NCBI GenBank assembly: GCA_951406725.2
Contig: OX597814.1
Location: forward strand, 154,814,001-154,878,000
Direction of reading: 5' to 3'
DNA: 64,000 bases
DNA from: Octopus vulgaris
Lineage: Eukaryota
Of this stretch, positions 41,832 through 54,007 are shown piece after piece. The translations under genes were made by a program, and so were the position numbers. A model generated the notes under the pieces. It ran no database searches. It had not been told where the DNA came from and saw only the letters and a program-made list of their open reading frames with translations. How positions within the stretch are numbered: the first letter of the stretch is position 1; each line of letters starts with the position of its first letter.

Positions 41832-43430
41832 TGCTTCAACACACGAAATCATATAAAGAATCTTGCAAACCAAATCCCAAAACGAAATATAAATTTTTTA
41901 TACAATCCCTAAAAATTTAATCATAAGAATATAATAGGATTTATTTTTAAACATTGAATGGCTATGATGGTTCAGTAGAGTAAAATGGGAATCAAAGGGG
42001 TCCATAGGTGAAAAGGAAAAAAAAGCAGTTGAAATGAATAACTGAACCCCTACCCCAATAGGTTACACAATTAATACCTAAAATTATCCTTTCTACTGTA
42101 GGCACAATGGCCGAAATTTGGGGGCAGAGGAATAGTCGATTACATTGACCCCAGAACTCGACAGGTACTTATTTTATCGTACCCGAAAGGATGAAAAACA
42201 AAATTGACCTCAGCGGAATTTGAACAGTGGACGAAATGTTGGTAAATATTTTGTCCGGCATACTAACGTTTCTGTCTGCTCACCGCCTTAATAATGCTTC
42301 TAATTATCTGTATGAAAACGCATAATCTACTGAGTATGTACTGCATTGTATCTCTTATGAATACTTACACATTATATTTTATTATTTTTCATTATACTTC
42401 ATTAACGACCTACATCGAAGTGGCTCTATACTGTATATCTGTATATCAGTGCTGAATTTTTACTTCTAATTGAGTAAATTAATGAAGTTTTAAACTTATA
42501 AACTCTGAAACGAAAACGAAAGGTAGAACCTTTCGTCGCTTATCTGGCAACATTGGTTAAACTCCTGCACAGCTGTGTTTACATCTACGAACTATAATCT
42601 GTTCAGGAATTCATTGTGTACTGGAAAGTACCATCCATTCAGATATATTATATATTCTGGCAAATGCATATGGTCTTGCTAGTATAAGAAATTACGGTGT
42701 GATGTACTTTGTATGGCACTAATTATATTACGGAAACTGTAGTGCTTCTCCGATAATAAAGCTGAGGAATCTGTAACTTAATGTTTGGCTTAATTTTTTA
42801 TCAAAACAAATTAAATGGGAAAAATTTCACTGGTTAATCCCTCAACTTGCAATTGTTGATCTGTTACCTGTCAAAAATTAAGATTGAATTTTGCACAAGA
42901 TACGTGAATAATTGCAGAGATTTGACCCCGTGGATATACATTTGTGAGCTTAGATGATCTCATAGGATTTAGTAATACACTAGCAACATTGAATATGTCT
43001 CTCTTCATGGATTACAAATCAAAATCAGAGAGAGGGGGGAAGAGGGAGAGAGAGAGGGGAAAGACGGAGAGTGATAGGGGAAAGAGAGATAAGGGGGAGG
43101 GGAGAGAGAGAAGGGAGACATAGAAAAACAAAATTTGCAAGTAGGTTGCCTCCAGACATCCTTTCAAATATAGAGTAGTCTTTCCTTTCAATGCTGAGTC
43201 ACAATGCAAAAATAAGAAAAATAGATAAAACCAAACAATTCACTTGTATTCTTCATAGATGCAGCAAAACAGAAGATCTAGCCATCCTGGATATTCAGCT
43301 TTCATTATAAGTTGTCTTTGGAGCCTTCAGCCCTAAGAAACAAAATCTTTCCAACACGTGTTTCCCTAAGCTACCCTACGTTAGCGAGTATACATCCAAT
43401 GCTTTTCACAAAGTCTTTCACAAAGAAGGG

Positions 43431-43524
<94 letters not shown>

Positions 43525-43655
43525 GAATTGAACAGCCGAAATTTGCTATGATGGTTCGGTGTCTGACTGAAGATTGAAGGCTTCGAATGATTTGTCTGTG
43601 TTCCGTGTTTGTCCCTTCCTGTGTTTCACGTTCATTATATATAAAAACATTCATT

Positions 43656-43718
<63 letters not shown>

Positions 43719-44899
43719 CTGGCCCACTAAGGCCCTTCCGTCAGGAAATGTTTGTCGAAGAATCATCTTCCCCAGGAGAAACATCCACGATGCTAGCTAC
43801 CAGTTCTATCCACAACAGAAACATGGACCTGTATATCAGACATATGCCGTATATCAGACCCTCTGTTTCAAATTCAACGAATACCATAAAAGTAGTACGA
43901 TTTGGCAACGACACACCCGAATCAAAAGACATACGCTTCATTTTACCAAATAAAAAAGGAAAAAAAGTAGGAAGAAAAAATCGGAAAATGCAAAACTATA
44001 AACGAAGATATTGTAGTGACCATTACCGGCATAGACCATAATATCGTAGTATTGAATAACTCTGATTACGAAACTCTTATTGAGATCTTCAATCCAATCT
44101 AAACATTTCCGGTCAGAAGAAATATCCTTTACTATAATGATGGAAACCAAATTCTAATTAAAAAAGATATTTTAATAAACCCCCAACCTCACACGTCAAT
44201 AATTAACCAGCTTGACTTAAATGAGTGCACATGAATACGATAATTCGCACTACTCGTTCCTTCTGAGCTATGTACCCCGACACACTGTCAGATAATACTC
44301 ACTTGCAAGTGACATTTCCTCGGATCATACTGTTTTACCTATAACGGGGAAAATGGTTTTCTTGTTGAATTTAAGTTATTTTAAAGATCGATCGAGTTTG
44401 TAAGAAAGCCGAAGCGAAAACATTTAAAGCAAAAAGGAAGAAACATTGGATTTGTCTAATAGTTATCACTTAAAAAATATGCTTAAAATAGATTAATTGA
44501 GGCAATTGATTGCTAAAATATTTAATGTAGCATGAAAGAACTAACTAGAATTATGTGATGAGAAAGAATATTTCATCTAGGTCTTCCCGTAGGACGCCCC
44601 AATAGGGGGCTCGGTTGCACATACTATAGGAGTCACAGGGCGCTGCTCCGTGTGGTCCCGCAGCCGAGTTGTGTCTGAGACCAGTGTGGAATGATGTGGC
44701 ATACCTTACAAGGGGAACCAAATATGCCACGATCGAAGTGTGTTTTAAGACCAAAGAAAAACCCAAGCAGGCGTCGACGGAATCTCTAAAAACATCAGAG
44801 GTGGTTCTCCTGCCTACATATCTTGGAAGGCGGGCTTTCAAAATTAAGGTGGCACATTCTGTAGGAGTCACAGGGTGCTGCTCCGTGTGGTCCCGCAGT

Positions 44900-45360
44900 T
44901 TCCATCTAACTAGGAATATTAGGGTCTCATCCATTGTCTTGTATTCAAGATTCTCTATATGACATCCTGCTTGTTCAAAGCCAGGTATCTGATCTGTTAA
45001 ATCCTGCCAATAAGAAAATCCACGCCCTGCTGTCGACGCTTCGATTTATTGTCGTTAAGGTTTTGTCTGTCTCCTACCCTTCGACCTGTCTGCCCTGGTA
45101 AGACCTGCCTGAAGATTTCTCTCCCTCCAGCATAGCTCTCCGGGTCAACGGAACACACAGGCAATTATCCGCGACAAGGTACTTGTTGAATTGGCCGTTG
45201 ACTGCACAGTAGTTCTTCCGCCTTCTGACGGGTAATATTTATTTGTCCCGCAGGGTGTCCAACAATCTCCCACCTCACCAAACAAGCTTGATGGGGTTGC
45301 CAGTCTAGTCGCCGACGACCCGACCATGTGACAGGTTGTATTGGGTTACATGTTACCAGT
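44900..45360 (-). mobile_element. RTE-type LINE 5' UTR remnant
   Basis: Minus strand ACCTTGTCG...AGAGCTATGCTGG...GACAGGTCGAAGGGTAG...CAGACAAA resembles the conserved RTE/Expander 5' UTR (from memory of the consensus). Confidence 0.5.
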
Positions 45361-45778
45361 AGCGCTGAAGAGAATAAGAGAAGAGTTAAGTGTCCAATAT
45401 TATTTTCTGTCCTTCAGCTAAATATAGGAGACAAACTGTATATTTCTATCTTATTTTGACTTCATCAGCAAAGCATAGCTTTCACTCTGCATATTGATTA
45501 AAGGGATAAGATTGTATATATTTATTGAAAACAGTGGCGGAATGATTAAAGGGATAAGATTGTATATATTTATTGGTATAGGAAAATATAATTGCTAAGA
45601 AATTAAATAATTGCCATCAGCATGGAAAAATTCAATTTGACACAGACATAGATGTGAAGAAGCTTGTCGCGAAACCACGCGAGAAAAATATTAATGAATA
45701 TTTTTGCCAATACGCTTCACAACAGTCTTAATTTAAACAATGAAAAAACAAAATCAGTTAACACACACATACTTGTGT

Positions 45779-45833
<55 letters not shown>

Positions 45834-46854
45834 CGCGTGTGTATATGTTATACTTGCAGAAAGGAAAAGAAGCGTGTATAATAAAAAAATGAGGAATAAA
45901 ATCATGCAATACAATACGTACTTCACTGATATGAGGGTAGCTTAAATAAGGAGACAGACGGAGAAATATGAGACGAATAAAGTCATCAAGGAAATGAAAT
46001 CTTAAAAGTTATGCCCAGCTACATACAGACTACATAAATCGTAAGCATCCAGGAATTACAATTACAAAAAATAAAAATAAAAAAATAAATAAAAGACAGA
46101 AGAAAAAAAAAACTGCGGAAGTGAATTGAAGTACAGAAAACAATAGCAAGATTAACTTGCTCGCTTCTTTCCTTTGATTCTCTTCATATAAGTATTTTGA
46201 GTCAAAAACTAACTGAAGAATTTACACATCTTGATAATATAATTGACATTGTTGCGGGTAAAAATGACATAACCGAGGTAGACGATAGGAATCTCTGTTT
46301 TTCATCCCTTACCAATCATTAGAAACCAATTAAAGCACTAGTTTTCCGCCTCTCTATCCAGGAAAAAAGCATAGCAAAGAACAATTTTATTGGATATTAA
46401 TTACACCATCACTTTCAAAGTCATTAGAAAATGTTCAAATATTCGAAAGTTACTCAAATTATTGAATTTTTTGTTGTTATTGAATATATTTTTATGAGGT
46501 TTAGCTTTTGAAATGTTGTAATCGTTCCTTAAAAGACTAACGTTTCTTGAATTATTTTTGTGCAATGAATTTTCAAAGATATTTCATATCATAAAACTAA
46601 AAATATAAGCTACAATGAATGTATACAATTATCCATGTATACATATGCGTGTGTGTGCGTGTGTGCGTGTGTGTGTACATACATACATACATACATACAT
46701 ACATACATACATACATACATACATACATACATACATACATGCATGCATGCATACATACATACATACATACATACATACATACATACATACATACATACAT
46801 ACATACGTGGGTGTGCTGGCTTTGGGTAAAAGAATATACAGGAGAATCAGTTAA

Positions 46855-46991
46855 TTATGATTTTATTCAACATATTCCCCTCTCAAATTCCTACACTCAT
46901 TTCAGCAGTCCTTCTGTTTTTCAAATCCCTGTAAAAGAACTCGGGAGGTTGGTCCATAAAACTAGGAACTTTTCAGTCAGCACCCCCTCGT

Positions 46992-46992
<1 letters not shown>
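46855..46992. mobile_element. mariner-derived MITE end
   Basis: Ends ...aacttttcagtcagcaccccctcgTA, a mariner TIR type; related stubs at 22711 and 49683. Confidence 0.55.
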
Positions 46993-47023
<31 letters not shown>

Positions 47024-47068
47024 GTATGTATGTGAGTATGTATGTATGTATGTATGTATGTATGTATG

Positions 47069-47099
<31 letters not shown>

Positions 47100-47104
47100 G
47101 TAAG

Positions 47105-47147
<43 letters not shown>

Positions 47148-47595
47148 GCACATATATATATATACATGTGTTTGTGTATGTGTGTGCTCGTGTGTTTGTA
47201 GGGTGCAGTATGGCCAAGTAAAAATACTTTTCTCATGTCTTTTCGCGTTCAACCGCACCTCGTGGCACGCTAATCAGTTGTCTTCTACCATAGTTTGTGG
47301 TAGATCAAAACATTGTAAAATAAATTGGATAAACGAAAAGTGTTTAGAAGCCTATCGGATGTGTTGCATGTGTAATTTAGAGATTCAACGGAAGTGTCAT
47401 GTTTAGTGCTATGTTTAGAATTCAATGAGTTGATAATTCAATAGTTTTTTGCTTTTTCAGTCTAAAGGGAGGAAGGTGTGTATGATAAAACCGGAGACCC
47501 CGAACCACATACTTGTAGAATTGACTCCTGTAATGTCACCCTGTATACCACGTGGTAGTGTTAAACCAGACAATCGATTATGACTGTTACCTTTA

Positions 47596-47965
47596 TTATT
47601 TCTTTATTGCCCACAAGATGCTAAACATAGAGAGGACAAACAAGGACAGACAAAGGGATTAATTTGATTACATCGATCCCAGTGGGTATGTGGTACTTAA
47701 TTTATCGACGCCGAAAGGATGAAAGGCAAAGTCAACCTCGGCGGATTTTGAACTCAGAACGTAACGGCAGACGAAATACCTATTTCTATTTCTTTATTAC
47801 CCACAAGGGGCTATACATAGAGGGGACAAACAAGGACAGACATAGGTATTAAGTCGATTACATCGACCCCAGTGCGTAGCTGGTGTTTAATTTATCGACC
47901 CCGAAAGGATGAAAGGCAGACGAAATATCGCTAAGCATTTCGCCCGGCGTGCTAACGTTTCTACC
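47596..47965 (-). mobile_element. SINE family A dimer
   Basis: Reverse complement of the 21411-21640 type, present twice; gactgttaccttta flanks both sides (47582 and 47967), a likely TSD. Confidence 0.85.
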
Positions 47966-48194
47966 GACTGTTACCTTTATAGGTCCGGGTGGAATTTGAA
48001 TTCAGTACACAAGAATCCTGAACAAATACTACATTCAGTACGACGTCCTTGCAGCTCTGCTAATCAACTTTTTTCCTTACCGACTCATTCATCCGAATGT
48101 CCAAGTGTTGCCATTTTGCCGTTGTGATCGAAATATAAATTTGTTGCTTTAGAACTTCATGTGTATACTTCTTTGTCTGAAGGGAGGCCGTGCT

Positions 48195-48352
48195 GAGGAC
48201 TCGTATATCGTTTGGTTGAAATGATATAGAAGTCCTCATTGGTCTGTACATCATTTGTTTGAAATGATATACGAGTCCTCATTGGCGCGCGTATCATTTG
48301 GTTGAAATGATATACGAGTCCTTATAGGTCCGTATATCATTTGGTTGAAATC
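48195..48352. repeat. 43-bp minisatellite (~3.5 units) with internal hairpin
   Basis: Unit gtatatcatttggttgaaatgatatacgagtcctcattggtcc. Confidence 0.85.
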
Positions 48353-50349
48353 CGTAGCTGGGTATGTGAAAGAGTACATATAGAAACAAAAAACAAGTGA
48401 GGTTGTTTATCTGATACTTAGTAACACTATCTTACATACGCTTCATTAACAAAATGATTAATTGCTATTTAATGTAAATTATATAATTAAATTGCATTTT
48501 CAAATCTTCAGAGACGCGTAACTCTTGTTCTTAATATTACTAGATTAGTGACAGTAATCGCAAATGTTTGCTCATCCGGAGATGACAGCACTGTCATAAA
48601 CCCAGTAATATTATGTACTTGTTAAAGTTTGGCAATGCAGTAATTTACATTATATAACTGAAAATCATTCATTGTGAATGAAACGTGTGTAAGACGATGC
48701 AACTAGATATTTTAGAATCAATTTCTCTTATTTTGTTTTTGTTTTAGTATGTGTGTATATATGTACGTATTGCATATGTGTGCGTGTATGCCCGTCAGTG
48801 TATATGTGTGCCAACATTGGGTTTTATGTAGGCATGTACTTATGTATGTATTTGTATACTGGCAAATGATCAATAAGTTTGCCTCGCAATTATAGTGTCT
48901 ATTCCATTGTAGACATCTGAGACTTCATTTGGACACAAGCCACGTGAGTAAAATCGTATATGAAAATATACGTTAAAGCTCAGTGGAATAACTGTGTCTG
49001 TAATGTAAGGTTCTATGTTCGTTCCATATAGTGTGATACAGATTCACTCAGATATTGCGTAAACTGTATTAGTAGAATACTCAGCCACTTAAACAAAATG
49101 ATTTATTCTGTTGCTGGTCCCATTGAGCGACATAATACCGAAAACGTCGATAAATGTATGTGCGCGTGAGAGTGTGATGGCGTATATTTTCGAAAAGTAC
49201 CAATTATTATACTGTTATTCCACTCGATACAAATCTAATTGAGATAGAACGGTATTTCGTCTGCTAAGCGGTATTTCGTCTGCCGTTACGTTCTGAGTTC
49301 AAATTCCGCCGAGGTCGACTTTGCCTTTCATCCTTTCGGGGTCGATAAATTAAGTACCAGTTACGCACTGTAGTCGATGTAATCGACTTAATCCGTTTGT
49401 CTGTCCTTGTTTGTCCCTTCTATGTTTAGCCACTTGTGGGCAATAAAGAAATAAGATTTTATTTTCGTTCCCCGTCTTGGTCTCAAACCCTGCATTAGTA
49501 AAATGTATCCTTCGGTATCCTTAGACGAATTAGGATTGTAGTTTAGAAGAATCGTTACAACCTCAGTATTTGGTTAAGGTTCTTTATGCTATGAGTTCAA
49601 ATGGCACCGAGATCAACTTTGTCATTCGTCTTCCCTGGGTACCTTATTTGAAGCTTTATGTCTATATTAGAAATGAATATTATTTCAGTCAGCATCCCTT
49701 CGTACACACACGTGCACACACACACACACACATGCACACATACACACATACACACACGCACAATACATGTGTGCGTGTGTATGTGTGTGCACGTGTGTTT
49801 GTAGGGTGCTGTATGGCAAAATGAAAATATTTTTCGCATGTCTTTTCGCATTCAACCGCACCCCGTGGCACGCTAATCAGTTGTCTTTTACCATAGTCTG
49901 TGTAAGAGTTACGCGTCTCTGAAGAGATTAAATAATAAAAGTAATCATTGATTAAATAATAACAGTTGAATACTGAGAAAGATTTAGTCGAATGTCCTTA
50001 TCTAATTGTTGAAATATGATTTAATAAAGAGCATTTTTTCTCTAAAATATCAATTAATGATTAACACTTTTGAATTCGAGGACAAGAGAAAATAGGACGC
50101 GTGACATTTGTCATATTTTCCACAGAATATCAAAATGGTTTTAGACAGTGTAATTAAGAATCACAGAAAAAATTTGGAATGAAAAGTTTTGCTCTCATAA
50201 TTGAATGGGATATATAGTAGTGTTTATTTATTTATTTATTTATTGGAGGGTGGGGTGTTACAGAGACATACAAACACACACCAAACTCCACGCAGCATGT
50301 GTTTTAATGGTTTTAAAGCTCTTAATATGAAAGAAGTCACCCCCACCTG

Positions 50350-50991
50350 GTGGACGCCCGGGAGGAGGTTTTGAATGAGAAACCTGCCCGGGAAGTGAAC
50401 CCAGGTGCAAGTTCTCCAACCGGCAGCAAGGGCCATGGAGACGGAGAACCCGGTGAAGAGGTAGAGGGAGGAAGTAGAACTAAAAGAAGGACTGGAAGAG
50501 CTAAAGGAAAAGAAAAAGCTCAAGCAGGACCAAAGAGTGAAACAACCAGAAATAGAAGTGGATCCGCAAAGGATGGAACCAAACAGCGCACACGGGTGTG
50601 TATGTTCTACCTGAGTGGTTCCTGCTGGCATGGAAAGGAAGGTGCAGGCTGCCGCTTTGCACATCGGGGACCCTGCCACAGAGACACGAGGCAGCTGGAC
50701 AAACCATCAACACAAAAAAATGGGATGGACCACGCACCACCTGCCCCAAAGCGGAGGTACGCAGATGTTGTGCGCGCCACAAACAGCCAACATGATGTTG
50801 TCGAAAGAGCAGCTGCTGAGCAACAATCTTTTTTGTGCATGGCACAAAAGATTGTACAGCAGCTGACCTGGCTTCATCAAACCCAAGCCCGCAGGTGGGA
50901 CTACCCACTATATACCAGACCACCACAGCAAACAGACACAGGATGGACACCGCCGGCAACAACGTACACCTCACCTCGATACTCCTACTGA
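50350..50991 (+). CDS. LINE ORF1 (probably 5'-damaged) with CCCH-type zinc finger
   Basis: Basic/disordered region, then CMFYLSGSCWHGKEGAGCRFAH (C-x7-C-x8-C-x3-H). Overlaps the start of ORF2. Begins at GTG with in-frame stops just upstream. Confidence 0.7.
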   Translation: MDAREEVLNEKPAREVNPGASSPTGSKGHGDGEPGEEVEGGSRTKRRTGRAKGKEKAQAGPKSETTRNRSGSAKDGTKQRTRVCMFYLSGSCWHGKEGAGCRFAHRGPCHRDTRQLDKPSTQKNGMDHAPPAPKRRYADVVRATNSQHDVVERAAAEQQSFLCMAQKIVQQLTWLHQTQARRWDYPLYTRPPQQTDTGWTPPATTYTSPRYSY

Positions 50992-53939
50992 ACATCAGAG
51001 GACTGCAAACACTCAGTAACAGGACAAAGATCCCGTTCCTGAGAGACTTTGTTGCATGCAATCAAGCCTTATGCATAGCACTTACAGAAACGCACCTGAA
51101 ACCGGACATAGCAGATGCGGAGTTACACATACCACAGTATGCTGTACTACGGACCGACAGGAAAGAAAGGAGTCATGGAGGTGTTGCTATGTACATCCGT
51201 GAGGACCTCACACCCCAGGTCCTCTTGTCATACTCAAACTCGGTGTGTGACACACTAATTGTACATATTAGGCAACTTGATGTAGTTGTGTGTGCTACAT
51301 ATCGCCCTCCAGATGCCCCAAGCCATGTGGGCAAGTTTGAAGACTGCCTTATAAAAATAGAAGAAATTCTAACCACATTAGAACAACACATAGGTGTGCT
51401 TCTTATGGGTGACTTCAATCTGCCCAATGTCAGATGGCCCGAGGGCCTTTCTCTCCCAGGAATGACAAGATGTGAACGAGGACAGGCGAGGTCCCTCCTG
51501 AACCTCATCAACACCCTGTACATGGAGCAGGTAATACTCCAACCAACCAGGGCAGGTAACACACTGGATCTCTGCTTCACAAATGACATGGATCTCATCC
51601 ATAATGTGAAAGTGACACCGACAATACTCTCGGATCACAACATGATAGAGCTGACCATGTACGGGCCAAAAGAGAGCACGGACATGCAGCCTACAAGAAA
51701 CCCTCAAAATCTTTCCAGCTTGAACTACCATAAGGCAAACTGGAAACAAATTGAGAAAGAGATCCTCAAACAAAACTGGCCTAAATGTCTCTCCTCGCCA
51801 GACATCGACGTGAAACTTCAACAATTCATGTCTGTAATGCAAGCCATATGCTACAAATGTGTCCCAGAGAGAAAGGCCACTGTACACAAGAACAAAATCC
51901 CCAGAGAGAGGAAAATTTTAATGAGACGGCGTACGAAATTTTCAAATCGCCTAAACAAACAGATTGAAAGCAGTGAAAAGTCCCGCCTAAAAATAAAACT
52001 GTTGGAAATCGAAAAATGTCTGCAACTCTCCCATGAAAAAGAAAGAGCAGACAAAGAAGCCTGGGCTATAGAAAACATAAAATCTAACCCCAGAGCTTTC
52101 TACAGGTATGCCAAAGAAACAGCTACAGTGCACTGTAGAATAGGGCCACTCCTCGAAAAGGATGGCACACTTACAGGAAAACCAATGAGGGTAAGTGAAA
52201 TACTGAATGAGCAATTCAAGAGTGTTTTCACTCCACCCCTTGGGCATCTCCAAATCACCAATCCAACTGACATTTTTACCACTGCAGATATAAAATCAGA
52301 GGCGGCGACGATAGATTACATCGATATAAAGGAAGACGATGTAACCAAGGCTATAGATGAAATGAAAAAAGACTCAGCTACTGGCCCCGATGGATTCCCG
52401 GCAATCCTCCTAAAAGCATGTAAGAGAGTCCTAGCAAGACCACTGCAGTTCCTCTTTCAGAGCTTCCTTGCAGCTGGCAAACTTCCAGGAAAACTGAAGG
52501 AAGGTAAAATATGCCCCATTCATAAAGGAGGTAGCAGAGCGGAAGCCAAGAACTATAGACCTATCTCTCTGACCTCACACATCAGCAAGGTCATGGAACG
52601 AATAGTCAGAAGGAAGCTGATCACCTTCCTTGAAGAAAATGACTTGCTGCCCGACACCCAACATGGTTTCCGACCAGGGAGAAGCTGTTTAACTCAGCTC
52701 CTACAACACTATGACTGGGTGCTGAAACGGCTGCTCAACCACTCAAATGTGGAAGTGATATATCTCGACTTTGCAAAGGCCTTTGATAAAGTCGATCATG
52801 GAATGATATGTCACAAACTGCGTGATCTCAACATAGTTGGAAAACTGGGAGAATGGCTTCATGACTTTCTGAAGGATAGAAGTCAGGTGGTAGTAGCCAA
52901 TGGGGCCACCTCCATTAACACACAAATAGTGAGCGGTGTTCTGCAGGGCACTGTTCTGGGACCACTACTGTTCATAATGGCCCTCTCAGACATGCCCTCA
53001 GCCACGCAGAGAGCCACGATCACAAGTTATGCAGATGATACAAAAGTTTCACAGGCAATACAGAACCCTGAGGACACTAAACACCTGCAATGTGAGCTAG
53101 ACGAAATATACAAGTGGGCTGAAAAGAATAGCATGCAGTTCAATGCTGGAAAGTTTCAAGCTTTATACTATCAGCATGCAAAACTGAATGCAATACCCAA
53201 TGAATACACTGGACCCGGAGGGATTGCAATCCCAGAGGCACAATCAGTGCGTGACCTGGGTATTCACATGAGTGATGACGCGACCTTTCATGTACATGTT
53301 GCTAAACTGGCAATGAAATGTAGACGGCTGGCTGGATGGATTCTTAGAACCTTTAGAACAAGAGAACAAAAAACCATGATGGTCCTCTGGAAGACACTTG
53401 TCCTAAGCCACTTTGACTATTGCTCTCAGCTATGGTCACCATCCAGTGTCAAGTTGATCACAGAACTTGAGGCGATCCAACGAAGCTACACAAAGAAGAT
53501 AGCCTCTATGCAGAATGTAAGCTACTGGGAAAGACTCAAGAGATTAAAATTATATTCCCTGGAGCGTAGGCGGGAAAGATATGCCATAATATACATCTGG
53601 AAGATCCTGGAGGGAAGTGTCCTGAACTTTGGCATCGAGAGTTACGCAAATGCCAGAACTGGGCGCCACTGCGTGGTGCCAAGGACTCCAAACCTGCCAT
53701 CAAGATGTAGGACAAGATTCTGTGATAGCCTGGGCTTCCGAGGCCCACAGCTCTTCAATATCCTCCCGAAGAACCTGAGAGACCTGCATGGGGTGGATAC
53801 AGATGTCTTTAAAATGAAGCTGGATCTCTTCCTGTCAGGTGTCCCAGATGAACCAACTTCACGGCAGGAGGGGCAGATGAGGGCAGCTGCATCGAACTCT
53901 CTCATGCACCAAATAGCAGTTGCTAGAAAGCCTCCATGA
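50835..53939 (+). CDS. LINE ORF2: AP endonuclease + reverse transcriptase (first ATG at 50943)
   Basis: APE motifs LLNIRGL, LTETHL, GGVAMYI, ATYRPP, MGDFNLP, LDLCF, SDHNMI. RT motifs NYRPISLTS, QHGFRPGRSC, YLDFAKAFDKV, SGVLQGTVLGPLLF, YADDTK. CR1-type C-terminus RDLGI, DYCSQLWSP, YWERLKRLKLYSLERRRER. Confidence 0.96.
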   Translation: MHGTKDCTAADLASSNPSPQVGLPTIYQTTTANRHRMDTAGNNVHLTSILLLNIRGLQTLSNRTKIPFLRDFVACNQALCIALTETHLKPDIADAELHIPQYAVLRTDRKERSHGGVAMYIREDLTPQVLLSYSNSVCDTLIVHIRQLDVVVCATYRPPDAPSHVGKFEDCLIKIEEILTTLEQHIGVLLMGDFNLPNVRWPEGLSLPGMTRCERGQARSLLNLINTLYMEQVILQPTRAGNTLDLCFTNDMDLIHNVKVTPTILSDHNMIELTMYGPKESTDMQPTRNPQNLSSLNYHKANWKQIEKEILKQNWPKCLSSPDIDVKLQQFMSVMQAICYKCVPERKATVHKNKIPRERKILMRRRTKFSNRLNKQIESSEKSRLKIKLLEIEKCLQLSHEKERADKEAWAIENIKSNPRAFYRYAKETATVHCRIGPLLEKDGTLTGKPMRVSEILNEQFKSVFTPPLGHLQITNPTDIFTTADIKSEAATIDYIDIKEDDVTKAIDEMKKDSATGPDGFPAILLKACKRVLARPLQFLFQSFLAAGKLPGKLKEGKICPIHKGGSRAEAKNYRPISLTSHISKVMERIVRRKLITFLEENDLLPDTQHGFRPGRSCLTQLLQHYDWVLKRLLNHSNVEVIYLDFAKAFDKVDHGMICHKLRDLNIVGKLGEWLHDFLKDRSQVVVANGATSINTQIVSGVLQGTVLGPLLFIMALSDMPSATQRATITSYADDTKVSQAIQNPEDTKHLQCELDEIYKWAEKNSMQFNAGKFQALYYQHAKLNAIPNEYTGPGGIAIPEAQSVRDLGIHMSDDATFHVHVAKLAMKCRRLAGWILRTFRTREQKTMMVLWKTLVLSHFDYCSQLWSPSSVKLITELEAIQRSYTKKIASMQNVSYWERLKRLKLYSLERRRERYAIIYIWKILEGSVLNFGIESYANARTGRHCVVPRTPNLPSRCRTRFCDSLGFRGPQLFNILPKNLRDLHGVDTDVFKMKLDLFLSGVPDEPTSRQEGQMRAAASNSLMHQIAVARKPP

Positions 53940-54007
53940 AGTGAAACCAAGTAGCAACACCAAATGGCGGTGCCCCAGCATGGCCACAGCTCATGAGCTG
54001 AAACTGG

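Noticed and set aside
43740-44340. 155-aa ORF as a host gene
   Set aside because: Starts in a repeat/microsatellite; downstream frames show only decayed endonuclease-like words (MMETKF, SSDHTVL), i.e. a probable old LINE.
45440-45476. Minus-strand CTGATGA-agtc...gata-GAAA (also CTGATGA at ~61124)
   Set aside because: Stems I and III do not pair convincingly; at best heavily decayed.
48195-48352. CRISPR-like array of palindromic repeats
   Set aside because: Units are contiguous without unique spacers; no cas genes; eukaryotic context.
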